IMG/VR virus record: IMGVR_UViG_3300042542_004852
Length of the DNA stretch: 64,000 nt
Reading direction: 5' to 3' (one strand)
Origin: a virus
In this document: positions 49,548 through 58,963 of the stretch, piece by piece
Position numbering within the stretch: the first letter of the stretch is position 1
Layout: every line of letters begins with the position of its first letter
The notes under the pieces: model-generated
Databases searched by the model: none
Seen by the model: only the letters and a program-made list of their open reading frames with translations
What the model was told of the DNA's origin: nothing
Program-made: the position numbers and the translations under genes

Positions 49548-51504
49548 TTGTGCGACTATGATGTAGGATGGCTGCTGAATAAAAATCTAATTTGTGAGAT
49601 TCGGCGATCTCAGAAACTTCATCGAGAAGCCCTAAAGATTCTATTACATTAAAATCTTTTACACATTCAAGAGCTTTATTGCCCCAATCATTTTTTTCAT
49701 GGGAGCAAATAATCTTTTTGCAAAGCTCTTCAATGGCAGAGTTTTGCTGCTTGCTTAGTCTCTTAACGCCCAAGTTTTCTTTGGTTTGAGCTTTTACGTT
49801 GTTTTCAAAAGCTTCGATTTCGTAAACAATCTCTTGAATGTTTTTGCGCGAGAAATTGGCTTCTGTAATTGCTCCTTGTGGACGACCAGCAGATTTAGGT
49901 GTTTGATTTGTTTCTTGTCCGTTAGCGTCTGCAATAACTGGCACACCGCCAACAAGCGGGTTGTAGAAGCCTTTCTCACGATCATTAACAAAGCTCTGTT
50001 GCGCTGGAGCAATCTCTTCAGCTTGTGGGAATCTACCAGTATTAAACACTGTAAGACCTTGCTGCGGAGTGATGACTCCAAGTTCCATGAGTCTAGTGGT
50101 AACACGGAGAAGTTGAGTGTTGTCTTTGAAGTCGATTTCTTTGAAGCGAGCCTCTGGGTAAGAGCGAAAGCCAAGAGCTTTAGAGATTCTTTTGATTTCT
50201 GGCTGCAAGAACTCGTTCAAGAAAGCTTGACGGCTCTCTTTGAGACGATCAATAAACATGTCAATTTTTGTGGCAATGTTACCATACTTGTCATCGCCAA
50301 AGAAAATGTTTTGAAGACCTTGCTCAATGTCTTTATTTAGTGTTTCATATTTGGCTGGTCCAAGAACTTTGTTAAGGTCTGGAATAACGAAATTAGCCTC
50401 TGTTGTATAGTCTGAGATGAGCACTCTTCCGACAGATTCGTTTCGGAAGAGGTCTTGCATGGCTTGGAGATTGTGATGGTTGATTCCTCCTTTATCGGGT
50501 GGTGCGCCCATTGTGATAAGTAGAATGACATTCTCAACGGTTCTTGTGATTGCTTGGTCCATTTTCTTGAGTTCAAGCTTGGCATTGATGTCTTGAAGAA
50601 CAGGAAAACCAAAAGGAATAGAGAAAGGCTCATAGTCTTGTTTTTTATAAAATGCGAAATGTAGTTTTTCTGGATTGATTTTGATTTTTAAGCCGTTCTT
50701 GGCGAAGCCGCCTTTTTGAATATTTTTGCGATCTTCTTCGGGGAAAGAGTTTAGCAACTCAATGTCTTCTTCGGATTGTGGATTGCGCAATCTTTCCAAA
50801 TCATATTCAGATAGAACTTTTTCATAACTTGTTGCATTAAAAGTTGTCACGCGCTTAGCAACAATATCAAAAGGATTTAAAAGAATATACTTGAGAGGAA
50901 TCTGGTTTCTAATCTCTGCACCTTCTTCTGCATACATGGTGGAGAGCTTTTTAAAGTCCTCTAAATCAAACTTACCATCAACTCTGTAGATGAAGATGTT
51001 GCCGCTGCGATAGTATTCGCGGAAAAACTGGTCTTTCAAATCCCATACGCGAATCTTACGCATCCAGCGATAAAAGAAGTCTTTTGCTTTGTCTGTGCCG
51101 CCTTCAAAAAAGATTTCGCCATTGGAAAATTCCGACATCAAATCAATAGCATTGCGGAAAATAGGAACATTGGCGTAGGCTTTTTGACATAGCTCAATCG
51201 CCTCCCGAACATAAACACCGTCGTTAGAAAAGCTATAAGGCAACATGCCAGCACGAATGCTGCTGTAGCGATCAAAAGTCGGAGCAAGAGCCGCACGATT
51301 AACTCTGCTAGAAGTTGCATCTGTTCTGCTTAAACCTTCTCTGGAAGCTTTTGCAAATTGAACCATAGAAGCATCAGAAGTGTAAAATGGTTCACCAGCC
51401 GAAACAGGCTCAGTATTTGCAGTAATTGTTGATTGAAAGTTCGGAAGAGACTTTTGATTGAACTTTGTCCAATAGTCGGATTTTTTGTTGTAAGAGCGGG
51501 CCAT
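49537..51504 (-). CDS. Portal protein
   Basis: 655 aa downstream of terminase; FRNAIDLMSEF, EYYRSGN. Confidence 0.8.
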   Translation of the reverse strand: MARSYNKKSDYWTKFNQKSLPNFQSTITANTEPVSAGEPFYTSDASMVQFAKASREGLSRTDATSSRVNRAALAPTFDRYSSIRAGMLPYSFSNDGVYVREAIELCQKAYANVPIFRNAIDLMSEFSNGEIFFEGGTDKAKDFFYRWMRKIRVWDLKDQFFREYYRSGNIFIYRVDGKFDLEDFKKLSTMYAEEGAEIRNQIPLKYILLNPFDIVAKRVTTFNATSYEKVLSEYDLERLRNPQSEEDIELLNSFPEEDRKNIQKGGFAKNGLKIKINPEKLHFAFYKKQDYEPFSIPFGFPVLQDINAKLELKKMDQAITRTVENVILLITMGAPPDKGGINHHNLQAMQDLFRNESVGRVLISDYTTEANFVIPDLNKVLGPAKYETLNKDIEQGLQNIFFGDDKYGNIATKIDMFIDRLKESRQAFLNEFLQPEIKRISKALGFRSYPEARFKEIDFKDNTQLLRVTTRLMELGVITPQQGLTVFNTGRFPQAEEIAPAQQSFVNDREKGFYNPLVGGVPVIADANGQETNQTPKSAGRPQGAITEANFSRKNIQEIVYEIEAFENNVKAQTKENLGVKRLSKQQNSAIEELCKKIICSHEKNDWGNKALECVKDFNVIESLGLLDEVSEIAESHKLDFYSAAILHHSRTNES

Positions 51505-51513
51505 TAATTTATA

Positions 51514-51519
51514 TTACAC
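51514..51519 (-). promoter_or_regulatory. Putative late promoter motif GTGTAA (portal/head operon)
   Basis: 15 nt upstream of the portal ATG; other - strand copies at 25836, 39401, 56673, 57406, 58348. Confidence 0.6.
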
Positions 51520-51552
51520 GCAAATCTTACAAATCCCACTTTCAAAGTTACT

Positions 51553-53415
51553 TTAGACAAAAAATGGAGTGAATGTAGCTTCTGTATCTTCTGCTTTAAA
51601 ATTCATCATGTCAAAGTAGGTTTGAACCATCCAGTTGCCTAGAACCAAAGAAGAGTAAGAGTCACGACGAGCTTTATCTGCGCCATTTTGCCTCTTTAGG
51701 TTTGATGGCAAGTCGAAAGACTGTGTGCCTTGGCTAGTTGTTGAAACTTGAATAAGAGCACACTCAGCCTTGGTCAAATCAATCATGTCTTTCTGGTGCT
51801 CGATAAAATCAATCATTTTTGCGGCTGTATTCTTTTCATCCGCATCTGCTACTCTCAAGAACCTGATTTGGTCAATGGGAATGCTCTTGCCTCTTTGGCG
51901 TTGATAGTCATCATTAACTGCGCTGCAAGCAAACCAAATTCTCTTATGATCAAAAGAAGACTGCAATGATTCGTTTGCAAACCGAATCCACTGTGAAGTT
52001 GGGCGGCGAAGATGGCATATCTTTTTAGACGATAAGTTGTATTGATTGCGAGCTTCGCGCAAAGATGCGTCGTAGTTTTGAACATCATCAAAGTCTGCGT
52101 CAAAGCAGTCGATTTTTAAATCATTACTTTTGAACAAGTCGCTTTCGTTGCAAGCGTTTAGGAATTGTACACCGCCATTGTAGTCACCAACAATGCAAAC
52201 AATATTGAAGTTTGTTAAGATATAATAAAAATAAAAAATATGATCTTTCAGGCGAGTGCCAGAAATAGCATAGCTATGAACAACTGTTCCTATTCGCTTT
52301 TCTTTATTGATTTTAATAACATGCATGCCAAAGTCGTCAGAGCTTTCGCTTTCAGACCAAGATGGGTCAAAAGATAAAATATATTCATCGTTTGGTTCGC
52401 CAGCAATTTCCACACATTGACCTTGACCATCTTCAATGGTGCAAGCTGCCATTTTGCTAACTTTAAAATAACCGCTGGAATCATCAGTGAATATCGAGCC
52501 AAACTCGCGATCAAACTGAGACTGACTCAATGTTGATTTTGCTTGCTGAATTAAAGACTGATCGTACAACTGAGTTGGCGCACAGTCATAACTCAAGTGC
52601 ATGATAACGCGATGTGCCACATCACTTTTTTCAGGATTTAAAATAAGATGCTCGTATTGCTGATATAGTTTATACAAGTATTCAAATTTGTAGGAGGCAG
52701 AAGAAAGCCCAATTATTTTATTGTTCGGCCATTGAGCGCGATCTTCTTCTTGCATTTTGCCAGTTTCAATCAATTCTGTTTCTAGGTTATAAATTTCCTG
52801 ACGCTCTGTGGGGTTTTCCACAACAGATAAGAAAGGCAAAATAACCTCATTAAAGATTCGTTCTGGCATGAGCAAGAACTCGTCAATAATCATTCTTTGA
52901 AAACGGAAGCCGCGTAGTTTTTCGCCATCACCAAGAGGCAGCGCAGTGATCTTGCTGCGGCCAATTTCCATGACCCACTGATCGTTATTTTTAGAAACTC
53001 TTGTGACTGCCTCGGCGAACATAGAGGCTTTTGGCGTTTTCATAATGTCTTCAATCTTGCTGAAAATCATTCTACTCTGACGAAAGCTTTTAGATATGAT
53101 GCCAATATGCACTCCTTGATGCAGAACAGCGTCTAGAGCAGCGAATAAACCTGTTGTAAAGCTTTTACTCTGGCCACGACTCCAAACGCCTAGAAAGTAA
53201 TCTGTGAGCATCATGGACTTGATTGCCATGTGCTGAAATGGAAACAATTTAATACCAGTCAATAATTCGCAAGTGAAAGACGGATTCTCCTTGAGAAACT
53301 TGTACAGCATGATCTTAGCCTCTCTCTCTTCTAAAAAACCTTTCGCATCAAGGATTTCTTGATTGATGTTTAGAAAGTGTTTTCTTCTTTTTTGATTGCC
53401 TTCAGTCCAAGCCAT
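51553..53415 (-). CDS. Terminase large subunit
   Basis: PFQ, SRGQSKSF, LRGFR, IIDE, GLSSA, nuclease-domain SFDPS and RRDSYS. Confidence 0.9.
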   Translation of the reverse strand: MAWTEGNQKRRKHFLNINQEILDAKGFLEEREAKIMLYKFLKENPSFTCELLTGIKLFPFQHMAIKSMMLTDYFLGVWSRGQSKSFTTGLFAALDAVLHQGVHIGIISKSFRQSRMIFSKIEDIMKTPKASMFAEAVTRVSKNNDQWVMEIGRSKITALPLGDGEKLRGFRFQRMIIDEFLLMPERIFNEVILPFLSVVENPTERQEIYNLETELIETGKMQEEDRAQWPNNKIIGLSSASYKFEYLYKLYQQYEHLILNPEKSDVAHRVIMHLSYDCAPTQLYDQSLIQQAKSTLSQSQFDREFGSIFTDDSSGYFKVSKMAACTIEDGQGQCVEIAGEPNDEYILSFDPSWSESESSDDFGMHVIKINKEKRIGTVVHSYAISGTRLKDHIFYFYYILTNFNIVCIVGDYNGGVQFLNACNESDLFKSNDLKIDCFDADFDDVQNYDASLREARNQYNLSSKKICHLRRPTSQWIRFANESLQSSFDHKRIWFACSAVNDDYQRQRGKSIPIDQIRFLRVADADEKNTAAKMIDFIEHQKDMIDLTKAECALIQVSTTSQGTQSFDLPSNLKRQNGADKARRDSYSSLVLGNWMVQTYFDMMNFKAEDTEATFTPFFV

Positions 53416-54325
53416 TTAATAATCCTCCGTTAATATAAAATTGTAAATCTACGTTCCAAAGCTTTTTGCCATGAACCAAAAGAAGAGGAATAAGTTTTTC
53501 ACTGTTCTTGCGATTGCTGGAGAATACAAACTGGCAGCAGTCTTTAAATTCCATTTGCAAAGCTCTCATATTGTGGTAGATGTAAGCAAGATTGCTCTTG
53601 TGAGAGTTTTTGCCATTGTTTTTCTGTATCTGTTCAAAGTCGCTTTCCACAACCACAAAAATGAAACACTCCTGCTCCCGCGCACGCGAGAGTTCACGCT
53701 TGAATCGTTCCAAGTTATCTTCGCTCACTGTGGATTTAAAATCTGATTCAGACTTGCGATCAACAAACGTATAATTAAAATACTTTGGCTCAACACAGTA
53801 ATCTCCCAAATCCAGCTTTAGAAATTCGCTGTTCTTGAAGGATAGGGGTTGCTGCTCTCGCGTGTCAATGAAAATTTTTGGGTTTGGATTGGCGAGGCAT
53901 TCTTTTGGAAACTTATCGCCAAACATAAGCTTGGAGCCGCAACTCTCAGTTGCCGCAGAGTAACTGCCAAAAAACTTTTTAAAAACTGAAATACTTGGCA
54001 AACCATAACTCTTCAGGATAACTTCGCATGGTGCAAATCCATCCTTGGTCTTTGAACAAAGCATGTCTAAAAGAATCATACAAACTCCCAAATCTTTATT
54101 GTATTGTTGATTAAAGAACTTATCTTGATTCTCACTACTGAGAAAATAAGTTTGAAAATACTGCTCTTTGTTTTTAAAAGGCAATAAATCGCCAGTAAGC
54201 AAGTCTTTGCGCCTAAAATGCTTTACATAATAATCATGTAAAAACATGTCATGCTTTTTGATGTGAGCATGGAGACTGCGTTCTGAATCGAACCCTTGTT
54301 GACATTCTAAACAATTAAATAACAT
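53402..54325 (-). CDS. C2H2 zinc finger + ERCC4/XPF-like nuclease
   Basis: CLEC...HIKKH; IDTREQ, LDLGDY, VDRKS..DF, RFKREL. Confidence 0.8.
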   Translation of the reverse strand: MLFNCLECQQGFDSERSLHAHIKKHDMFLHDYYVKHFRRKDLLTGDLLPFKNKEQYFQTYFLSSENQDKFFNQQYNKDLGVCMILLDMLCSKTKDGFAPCEVILKSYGLPSISVFKKFFGSYSAATESCGSKLMFGDKFPKECLANPNPKIFIDTREQQPLSFKNSEFLKLDLGDYCVEPKYFNYTFVDRKSESDFKSTVSEDNLERFKRELSRAREQECFIFVVVESDFEQIQKNNGKNSHKSNLAYIYHNMRALQMEFKDCCQFVFSSNRKNSEKLIPLLLVHGKKLWNVDLQFYINGGLLNGLD

Positions 54326-55367
54326 CTTCTTTTGAAACACCAAGAACTCTCGCTTTCCATTCGCCCATGCTCTCTAGTCTATTAGCTTCTTCGCTAATTA
54401 TCTTCTTTTGCATCTCTGCAATCTTGACCATGTTTTTGCGCTCTTCCTCATCCTGAAACAACTGAACCAAAGAAATAATTGATGCATTTTCTTTGTATTT
54501 ATTTTTCATTCTTTCGGCGCGATCACCTTGTAGTTTTTTAGTGAGATTTTCAATGCGCCCTTCGCATTGATGGTATTCGCTGGACTTTGCCTTGATGATT
54601 TCAGCAAGCCTCATGGTTATATCTTGTTGATCATCAATCTCATCAAATTGATCGTTAAGTTTATTCAAGTGCTTGCCAACAACTTCCAAGTTGATGATTT
54701 CTTTGCACACGTTCATGTAAAGATTCAGTTCATCAGAGGATAGGTCTGGCTTGTCCCAAGTTAAACGAATAAATTCTTCTTCAAAAAGAATGCGATCTTT
54801 TTGCGACAAGTAATTATTCATGATTGTCACAAAGCGAGAATTAGAAAGATTAATAGTGAGCTTATCAATGCAAATCTTATACTGGCGAGAAATTTTGTTT
54901 TCGTCTAGAGTCAAACCTGTAGCATCATTGATCTTTTTTAAGACGCGGCTAGAAGCTTTTGGCGGAATGTACTCTGTGAGCAGTGCAGACTCAGAATTAC
55001 CAACAAGATCAGGGTTCACTAGCCTAATGTAGTCAAGAATCGCTCTTTGTTCCATGCCAAGCTTTTTAACTTCGCGATCTTGGAAAATTAATTCAGCAAT
55101 GCGAAAAGTGGACGTTCCAGCTTGACTCTGCAAAAGAGCAAACTGTTTTTGAGCGTCATTTAATTCAATGCTTTCGCTCTTTTCTTTTTTTGTGGTTGTG
55201 AAGGAGTAATTGTTATCAATTAAAAATTGCCTAACCAAACGGCCTTCTTTTTTTCTTCCATCCAAAGACTGATCATTGAAACACCTTTTAGTGAGTTCGT
55301 TGAGATCAGTGATTTGCAAATAGTTTTCGCTAATGAATTTTTTTTGCTCTTCTGTGAGATCGCTCAT
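54315..55367 (-). CDS. Hypothetical protein, candidate terminase small subunit
   Basis: HTH-like N-terminus plus coiled coil, upstream of terminase. Confidence 0.45.
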   Translation of the reverse strand: MSDLTEEQKKFISENYLQITDLNELTKRCFNDQSLDGRKKEGRLVRQFLIDNNYSFTTTKKEKSESIELNDAQKQFALLQSQAGTSTFRIAELIFQDREVKKLGMEQRAILDYIRLVNPDLVGNSESALLTEYIPPKASSRVLKKINDATGLTLDENKISRQYKICIDKLTINLSNSRFVTIMNNYLSQKDRILFEEEFIRLTWDKPDLSSDELNLYMNVCKEIINLEVVGKHLNKLNDQFDEIDDQQDITMRLAEIIKAKSSEYHQCEGRIENLTKKLQGDRAERMKNKYKENASIISLVQLFQDEEERKNMVKIAEMQKKIISEEANRLESMGEWKARVLGVSKEDVI

Positions 55368-56050
55368 AAAATGTCTTTATTCTTTAAGATTTCAACAGCC
55401 TTGTCTCGAAAAAGCTTTTTGAGATTTTTGATTTGCTTGTAGCCGATTTTACGATTTTTTTCGCTGCTGCGATAGCCTAAAAATTTTGCAACATCTTCGT
55501 CCGACATCTTTTCGAAGAAAAGCATTTGGTAGGCGCGAAAATAGTTTTCTGACAATACTTTTTTCATCTCTTGATTAAGCAAAGAGATTGATTGAGAATA
55601 GTCTAGTTGATGCAGAGGCATCTCTTCAACTTCGCGAGAGTGATTTTCCAACTCTAGCGGAAGCTTGATGTTATAACCGTATCTCTTGCTCTTGGACCAA
55701 ACAGCATACTTTTCACAAGAGGAGTCTTGTGATCCGCTGATGTTTAGAGAACAAAAATCATCGCCCAAATTGTAAGGGCAACTCATGCACGGTTTAACGT
55801 AATTTGTGTAATTGTTGCGAATAAGATTTCGAATCTGATTAGCAATGACGCGAGAAAGCCAAGGTTCAAGAGCTTTCTTCTGGTCCCACATGTTCCACTT
55901 CTTGAAAATATGTAATTTAATGATTTGCTCAACGTCTTCGAAAGACATCCATTTTAATACGTTAAGCTGCCATTTGTTTCGGCGCTTTCGTATTTCGATT
56001 TCAATGATTGGTAGCTTTTCCTCGAAAAGAATTTTTTTACGTCTTGGCAT
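55364..56050 (-). CDS. ECF-like sigma factor with Cys-rich insertion
   Basis: Region 2 FEDVEQ...WD...LEPWLSRVIANQIRNLIR; region 4 LSENYFRAYQMLFFEKMSDEDVAKFLG; CMSC...C...C between them. Confidence 0.75.
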   Translation of the reverse strand: MPRRKKILFEEKLPIIEIEIRKRRNKWQLNVLKWMSFEDVEQIIKLHIFKKWNMWDQKKALEPWLSRVIANQIRNLIRNNYTNYVKPCMSCPYNLGDDFCSLNISGSQDSSCEKYAVWSKSKRYGYNIKLPLELENHSREVEEMPLHQLDYSQSISLLNQEMKKVLSENYFRAYQMLFFEKMSDEDVAKFLGYRSSEKNRKIGYKQIKNLKKLFRDKAVEILKNKDIL

Positions 56051-56384
56051 GTTTGTCTTTAAGTTCGCTTAAAGACATTGCACGATTTCTTCTAGAGAAT
56101 GTTCTTGGTTGACCAAAAAGCTCGCCTAATTGATAGCTACGATTGCTAGAATCGTCGTTTTCAATTTCATAAGCAAGAGAGGAAAGATTAGGAATTTCAG
56201 AAACATCAGAAAACTCTTCTGAGCTTTCATCTTCTTCTTTAATAGTTTCTTCTCTTTTGTTGGGCGCAGGTAGTTTAGCTGATGCGGTGGCAGTTAATTT
56301 TGTACCGCATTTTCCGCAAAAGTTTGGAGCAGAGACTGTGTAAGTTATTTTATTGCCACAGTTGGTACAGAATGAAACGGCCAT
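56037..56384 (-). CDS. Zinc-ribbon protein
   Basis: FCTNCG...PNFCGKCG. Confidence 0.75.
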   Translation of the reverse strand: MAVSFCTNCGNKITYTVSAPNFCGKCGTKLTATASAKLPAPNKREETIKEEDESSEEFSDVSEIPNLSSLAYEIENDDSSNRSYQLGELFGQPRTFSRRNRAMSLSELKDKHAKT

Positions 56385-56385
56385 A

Positions 56386-56664
56386 TTATTTAGATTTTAA
56401 TTCTTTTTTGATTTCGTCAGTGTCTCGCTTTATATATTCAAGCTTAGTGTTGATTAATTCAACTATTGATTGAATTTTTTGATCAAGCATTTTGTTTTTT
56501 GATTCCACTTCGACTACTCTCTCATCAAGAACTTGCAAATCTACTATAGAGGCATAATTACTGTTAAGCCACAAAACAAGAACGCCCACAAGAACTAATA
56601 CAGTGCTCTTAATGGCTTCGAACCAATCAAGGCTAATTTTATTTGTTGAGGGCTTCTCTGGCAT
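56386..56664 (-). CDS. Single-TM coiled-coil protein (holin-like?)
   Basis: Hydrophobic VLVLVGVLVLWL followed by a heptad pattern. Confidence 0.5.
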   Translation of the reverse strand: MPEKPSTNKISLDWFEAIKSTVLVLVGVLVLWLNSNYASIVDLQVLDERVVEVESKNKMLDQKIQSIVELINTKLEYIKRDTDEIKKELKSK

Positions 56665-56672
56665 GTTTTAAT

Positions 56673-57395
56673 TTACACTTTTTTATCCATGTTTTCGATT
56701 TTTTCAACGATAAATTTAAGAATTTCGCTGCGGAAAATATCGCTCTTGTCAAACTTAAAAACATGAATTCCTCTGGCTTTACTTTCTTCGTTATCGAAAC
56801 AATCTAAGAAGCGTGAGAAGCCGCTGCTGCGAATATCGCTTTGCATCAAATCACCAGATAAGAAAATCTTGGCATTCTCGCCAACGCGAGTGAGAAGCGT
56901 TACAAGCTCTTTTTTAGAGAAGTTTTGGCACTCATCACAAACAACAACTTTGTTTTGCCAGCTTGAGCCGCGCACAAAGTTTACTGGCATAGCGTTAATA
57001 ACGCCATCTTTGCGCAAGGATACCATTGTTGGCGCTGTGATGATTTCGTCCATCTTGTCCTCAAGAGGAAGCAAGAAAGGCAAGAACTTCTCATCCACTG
57101 TTCCTGGCAAGCTGCCCAAGCCTTTGTCGCCGCTCTCTGCAATGCTGCGGATGTATGTTAAGTCCCAATCTCTGTTTGATGCTAAAAGATTCAACGCAGA
57201 ATACACGCTCATGTAAGTTTTCGCGCTTCCTGCTGGACCTGCTATAAATACTATTTTTGTTTCGGGGTTTAAACAAATTTCGAGCAGTTGCTTTTGCTTT
57301 TCGGAAAATTTAAATTTGCGCTGTTTGAACTCGACTTTACGTTCCATTGAACCGATTTCAATAGAACCCTCTGAAGACTTTTTAGATTTGGCCAT
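56673..57395 (-). CDS. phoH: PhoH-like ATPase
   Basis: GPAGSAKT, LGSLPG, RGSSW, DECQN, LTRVG, GDLMQSD. Confidence 0.92.
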   Translation of the reverse strand: MAKSKKSSEGSIEIGSMERKVEFKQRKFKFSEKQKQLLEICLNPETKIVFIAGPAGSAKTYMSVYSALNLLASNRDWDLTYIRSIAESGDKGLGSLPGTVDEKFLPFLLPLEDKMDEIITAPTMVSLRKDGVINAMPVNFVRGSSWQNKVVVCDECQNFSKKELVTLLTRVGENAKIFLSGDLMQSDIRSSGFSRFLDCFDNEESKARGIHVFKFDKSDIFRSEILKFIVEKIENMDKKV

Positions 57396-57412
57396 TCAGA
57401 TTATATTACACT

Positions 57413-58321
57413 TTAATAAATATTTTCTCTGATTGTTACTGAACCATTTAAAGAATTTCCTTGCTGCTGAGTGAGTGATTGACCAACGATTTTGCCGCTC
57501 ACATCAATGGCAAAAACATAATCACTGCGGGGATTAAAAGAAGTTCCAGTGATAAAATGCCTGAAAGGAGAAAACCTAAAACTCACAAAAGAACCATCGC
57601 CGCTGCCATTAAAATCAATAATTTGTCCCACATTTTCGCCCTCAATGGTGACTGTGCGCTCAACGCTGTTTAAAAGAACTCTCTCTGGTGTTTTATAGCC
57701 AATGGTGTAAACGGGCGTGCGAGAGCAGGAAACGCTGATTTGAGCGCTCTTCTTGCTTTGAGGTAGTGGCTCTAGGTTGCCAGTGATGCCCACTGCTAAA
57801 GCATGCAAAGAATCAAAATAAGCTCCTGTTCCAGCTTGCTTCAGAAGATTTGGCGCATCTGCCATGCCAGTAAATGTTGTGCCCTCAATTGTGTCAACAT
57901 CGTAACTATTAAAATCGGCGCTAAAAATGATTGGCTGATAGGGAGTGATTTGAATCGAGTAAGAATTAAGGTGACAGTCTTTAAACAAGAAATTGCCCAC
58001 TCTAATCTGATGTCCTGTTTCAAATTCACCAGTGAGCGCCAAAACTCCTGTTTGAGAAACGCTGCGAGAATTCGCGTTCTCCCCAATCATGGGAAACCAA
58101 GAGAAAGAAACTTTGGCAGCTAATGGTGCTGTGGGTGCAAAATCGTTTCTGATGGGAGTCTTGCCCAAATATTTTCGCGGCTCTAGAGATGAGTCAAAAT
58201 TTATGCTCACTTCATTTGCAGCCATCAAGTCGCTGTTTTCGTCTCCTGTTAGAGGAGCTTGATTGACTGTGCTGAAATTTGCGAAAACGGGAACGTTTGT
58301 GTATTTAATGAATTTTGACAT
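57413..58321 (-). CDS. Tail-tube-like structural protein
   Basis: Start MSKFIKY (58321); RTPVYTIG motif shared with tail tube paralogues. Confidence 0.5.
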   Translation of the reverse strand: MSKFIKYTNVPVFANFSTVNQAPLTGDENSDLMAANEVSINFDSSLEPRKYLGKTPIRNDFAPTAPLAAKVSFSWFPMIGENANSRSVSQTGVLALTGEFETGHQIRVGNFLFKDCHLNSYSIQITPYQPIIFSADFNSYDVDTIEGTTFTGMADAPNLLKQAGTGAYFDSLHALAVGITGNLEPLPQSKKSAQISVSCSRTPVYTIGYKTPERVLLNSVERTVTIEGENVGQIIDFNGSGDGSFVSFRFSPFRHFITGTSFNPRSDYVFAIDVSGKIVGQSLTQQQGNSLNGSVTIRENIY

Positions 58322-58349
58322 TGACCTTTTCTTTTTCTTATGATAAATT
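58321..58349 (+). promoter_or_regulatory. sigma70-type promoter of the deaminase gene
   Basis: TTGACC-17bp-TAAATT with extended TG; ATG 7 nt downstream. Confidence 0.55.
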
Positions 58350-58355
58350 ACACCA

Positions 58356-58763
58356 ATGAACAAGAGTTTAGAAAAGTGCGTGGAAATAACTAAAGGACTA
58401 AAGCCTCACAAACAGAATGGCCGCAGTTTTCATGCCACTTTTATTTTTGACAAGAAGAGACTGCTCAGCATTGGCTATAACGACTATAAAAAGCATCATC
58501 CCTATCACAAGCTGGGCAAGTACATTGGCTACAAAACCAACCCTGAAAAATACCAGCCCTGCTTGCATTCTGAGATTAGTGCCTTGTTGAAACTGGGTGA
58601 AGAAGATTTGAGTCGTTGTGTTTTTGTTAATGTGAGAATAGACCAGAGAGGCGAACTAGCCCTAGCAAAGCCTTGCCAAAATTGCGAAAGAGTTTTGCGG
58701 CAGGTTGGTTTTAAAAAGCTTTTTTATTCTTCTGAAAAAGGGTTTGTGGAAATGATGGGTTGA
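58356..58763 (+). CDS. Zn-dependent cytidine/dCMP deaminase-like protein
   Basis: SIGYN, HSE and PCQNC motifs. Confidence 0.85.
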   Translation: MNKSLEKCVEITKGLKPHKQNGRSFHATFIFDKKRLLSIGYNDYKKHHPYHKLGKYIGYKTNPEKYQPCLHSEISALLKLGEEDLSRCVFVNVRIDQRGELALAKPCQNCERVLRQVGFKKLFYSSEKGFVEMMG

Positions 58764-58900
58764 TTTTTTTTCTTGTTTTAATAGCACTGGGTTTTTTTAG
58801 AGGGGGGTGTTTTTTTATTAATTAGGGGGGGTAGTGAGTGCAAGATGGTGAGGAGCATGGGGGGAGATGAATGGTTGTTTTTAAGAGTGGAGATTGAGAA

Positions 58901-58963
58901 AACCCACCCCTGGCGCGTTTAGGAGATTTCCTTAGGTCAAATTCTTAGGAAATGGGGGTGGGT
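58901..58963. repeat. Inverted repeat enclosing three 13-bp-phased YTTAGG boxes
   Basis: ACCCACCCC ... GGGGTGGGT; boxes at 58918, 58931, 58944. Confidence 0.7.

Noticed and set aside
45734-50633. Many antisense/alternate-frame ORFs over capsid, scaffold and portal genes (also 49063-49437 poly-Ser and 49130-49321 poly-Lys)
   Set aside because: They are shadows of codon bias and of the GAA repeat; they have no independent start signals or motifs.
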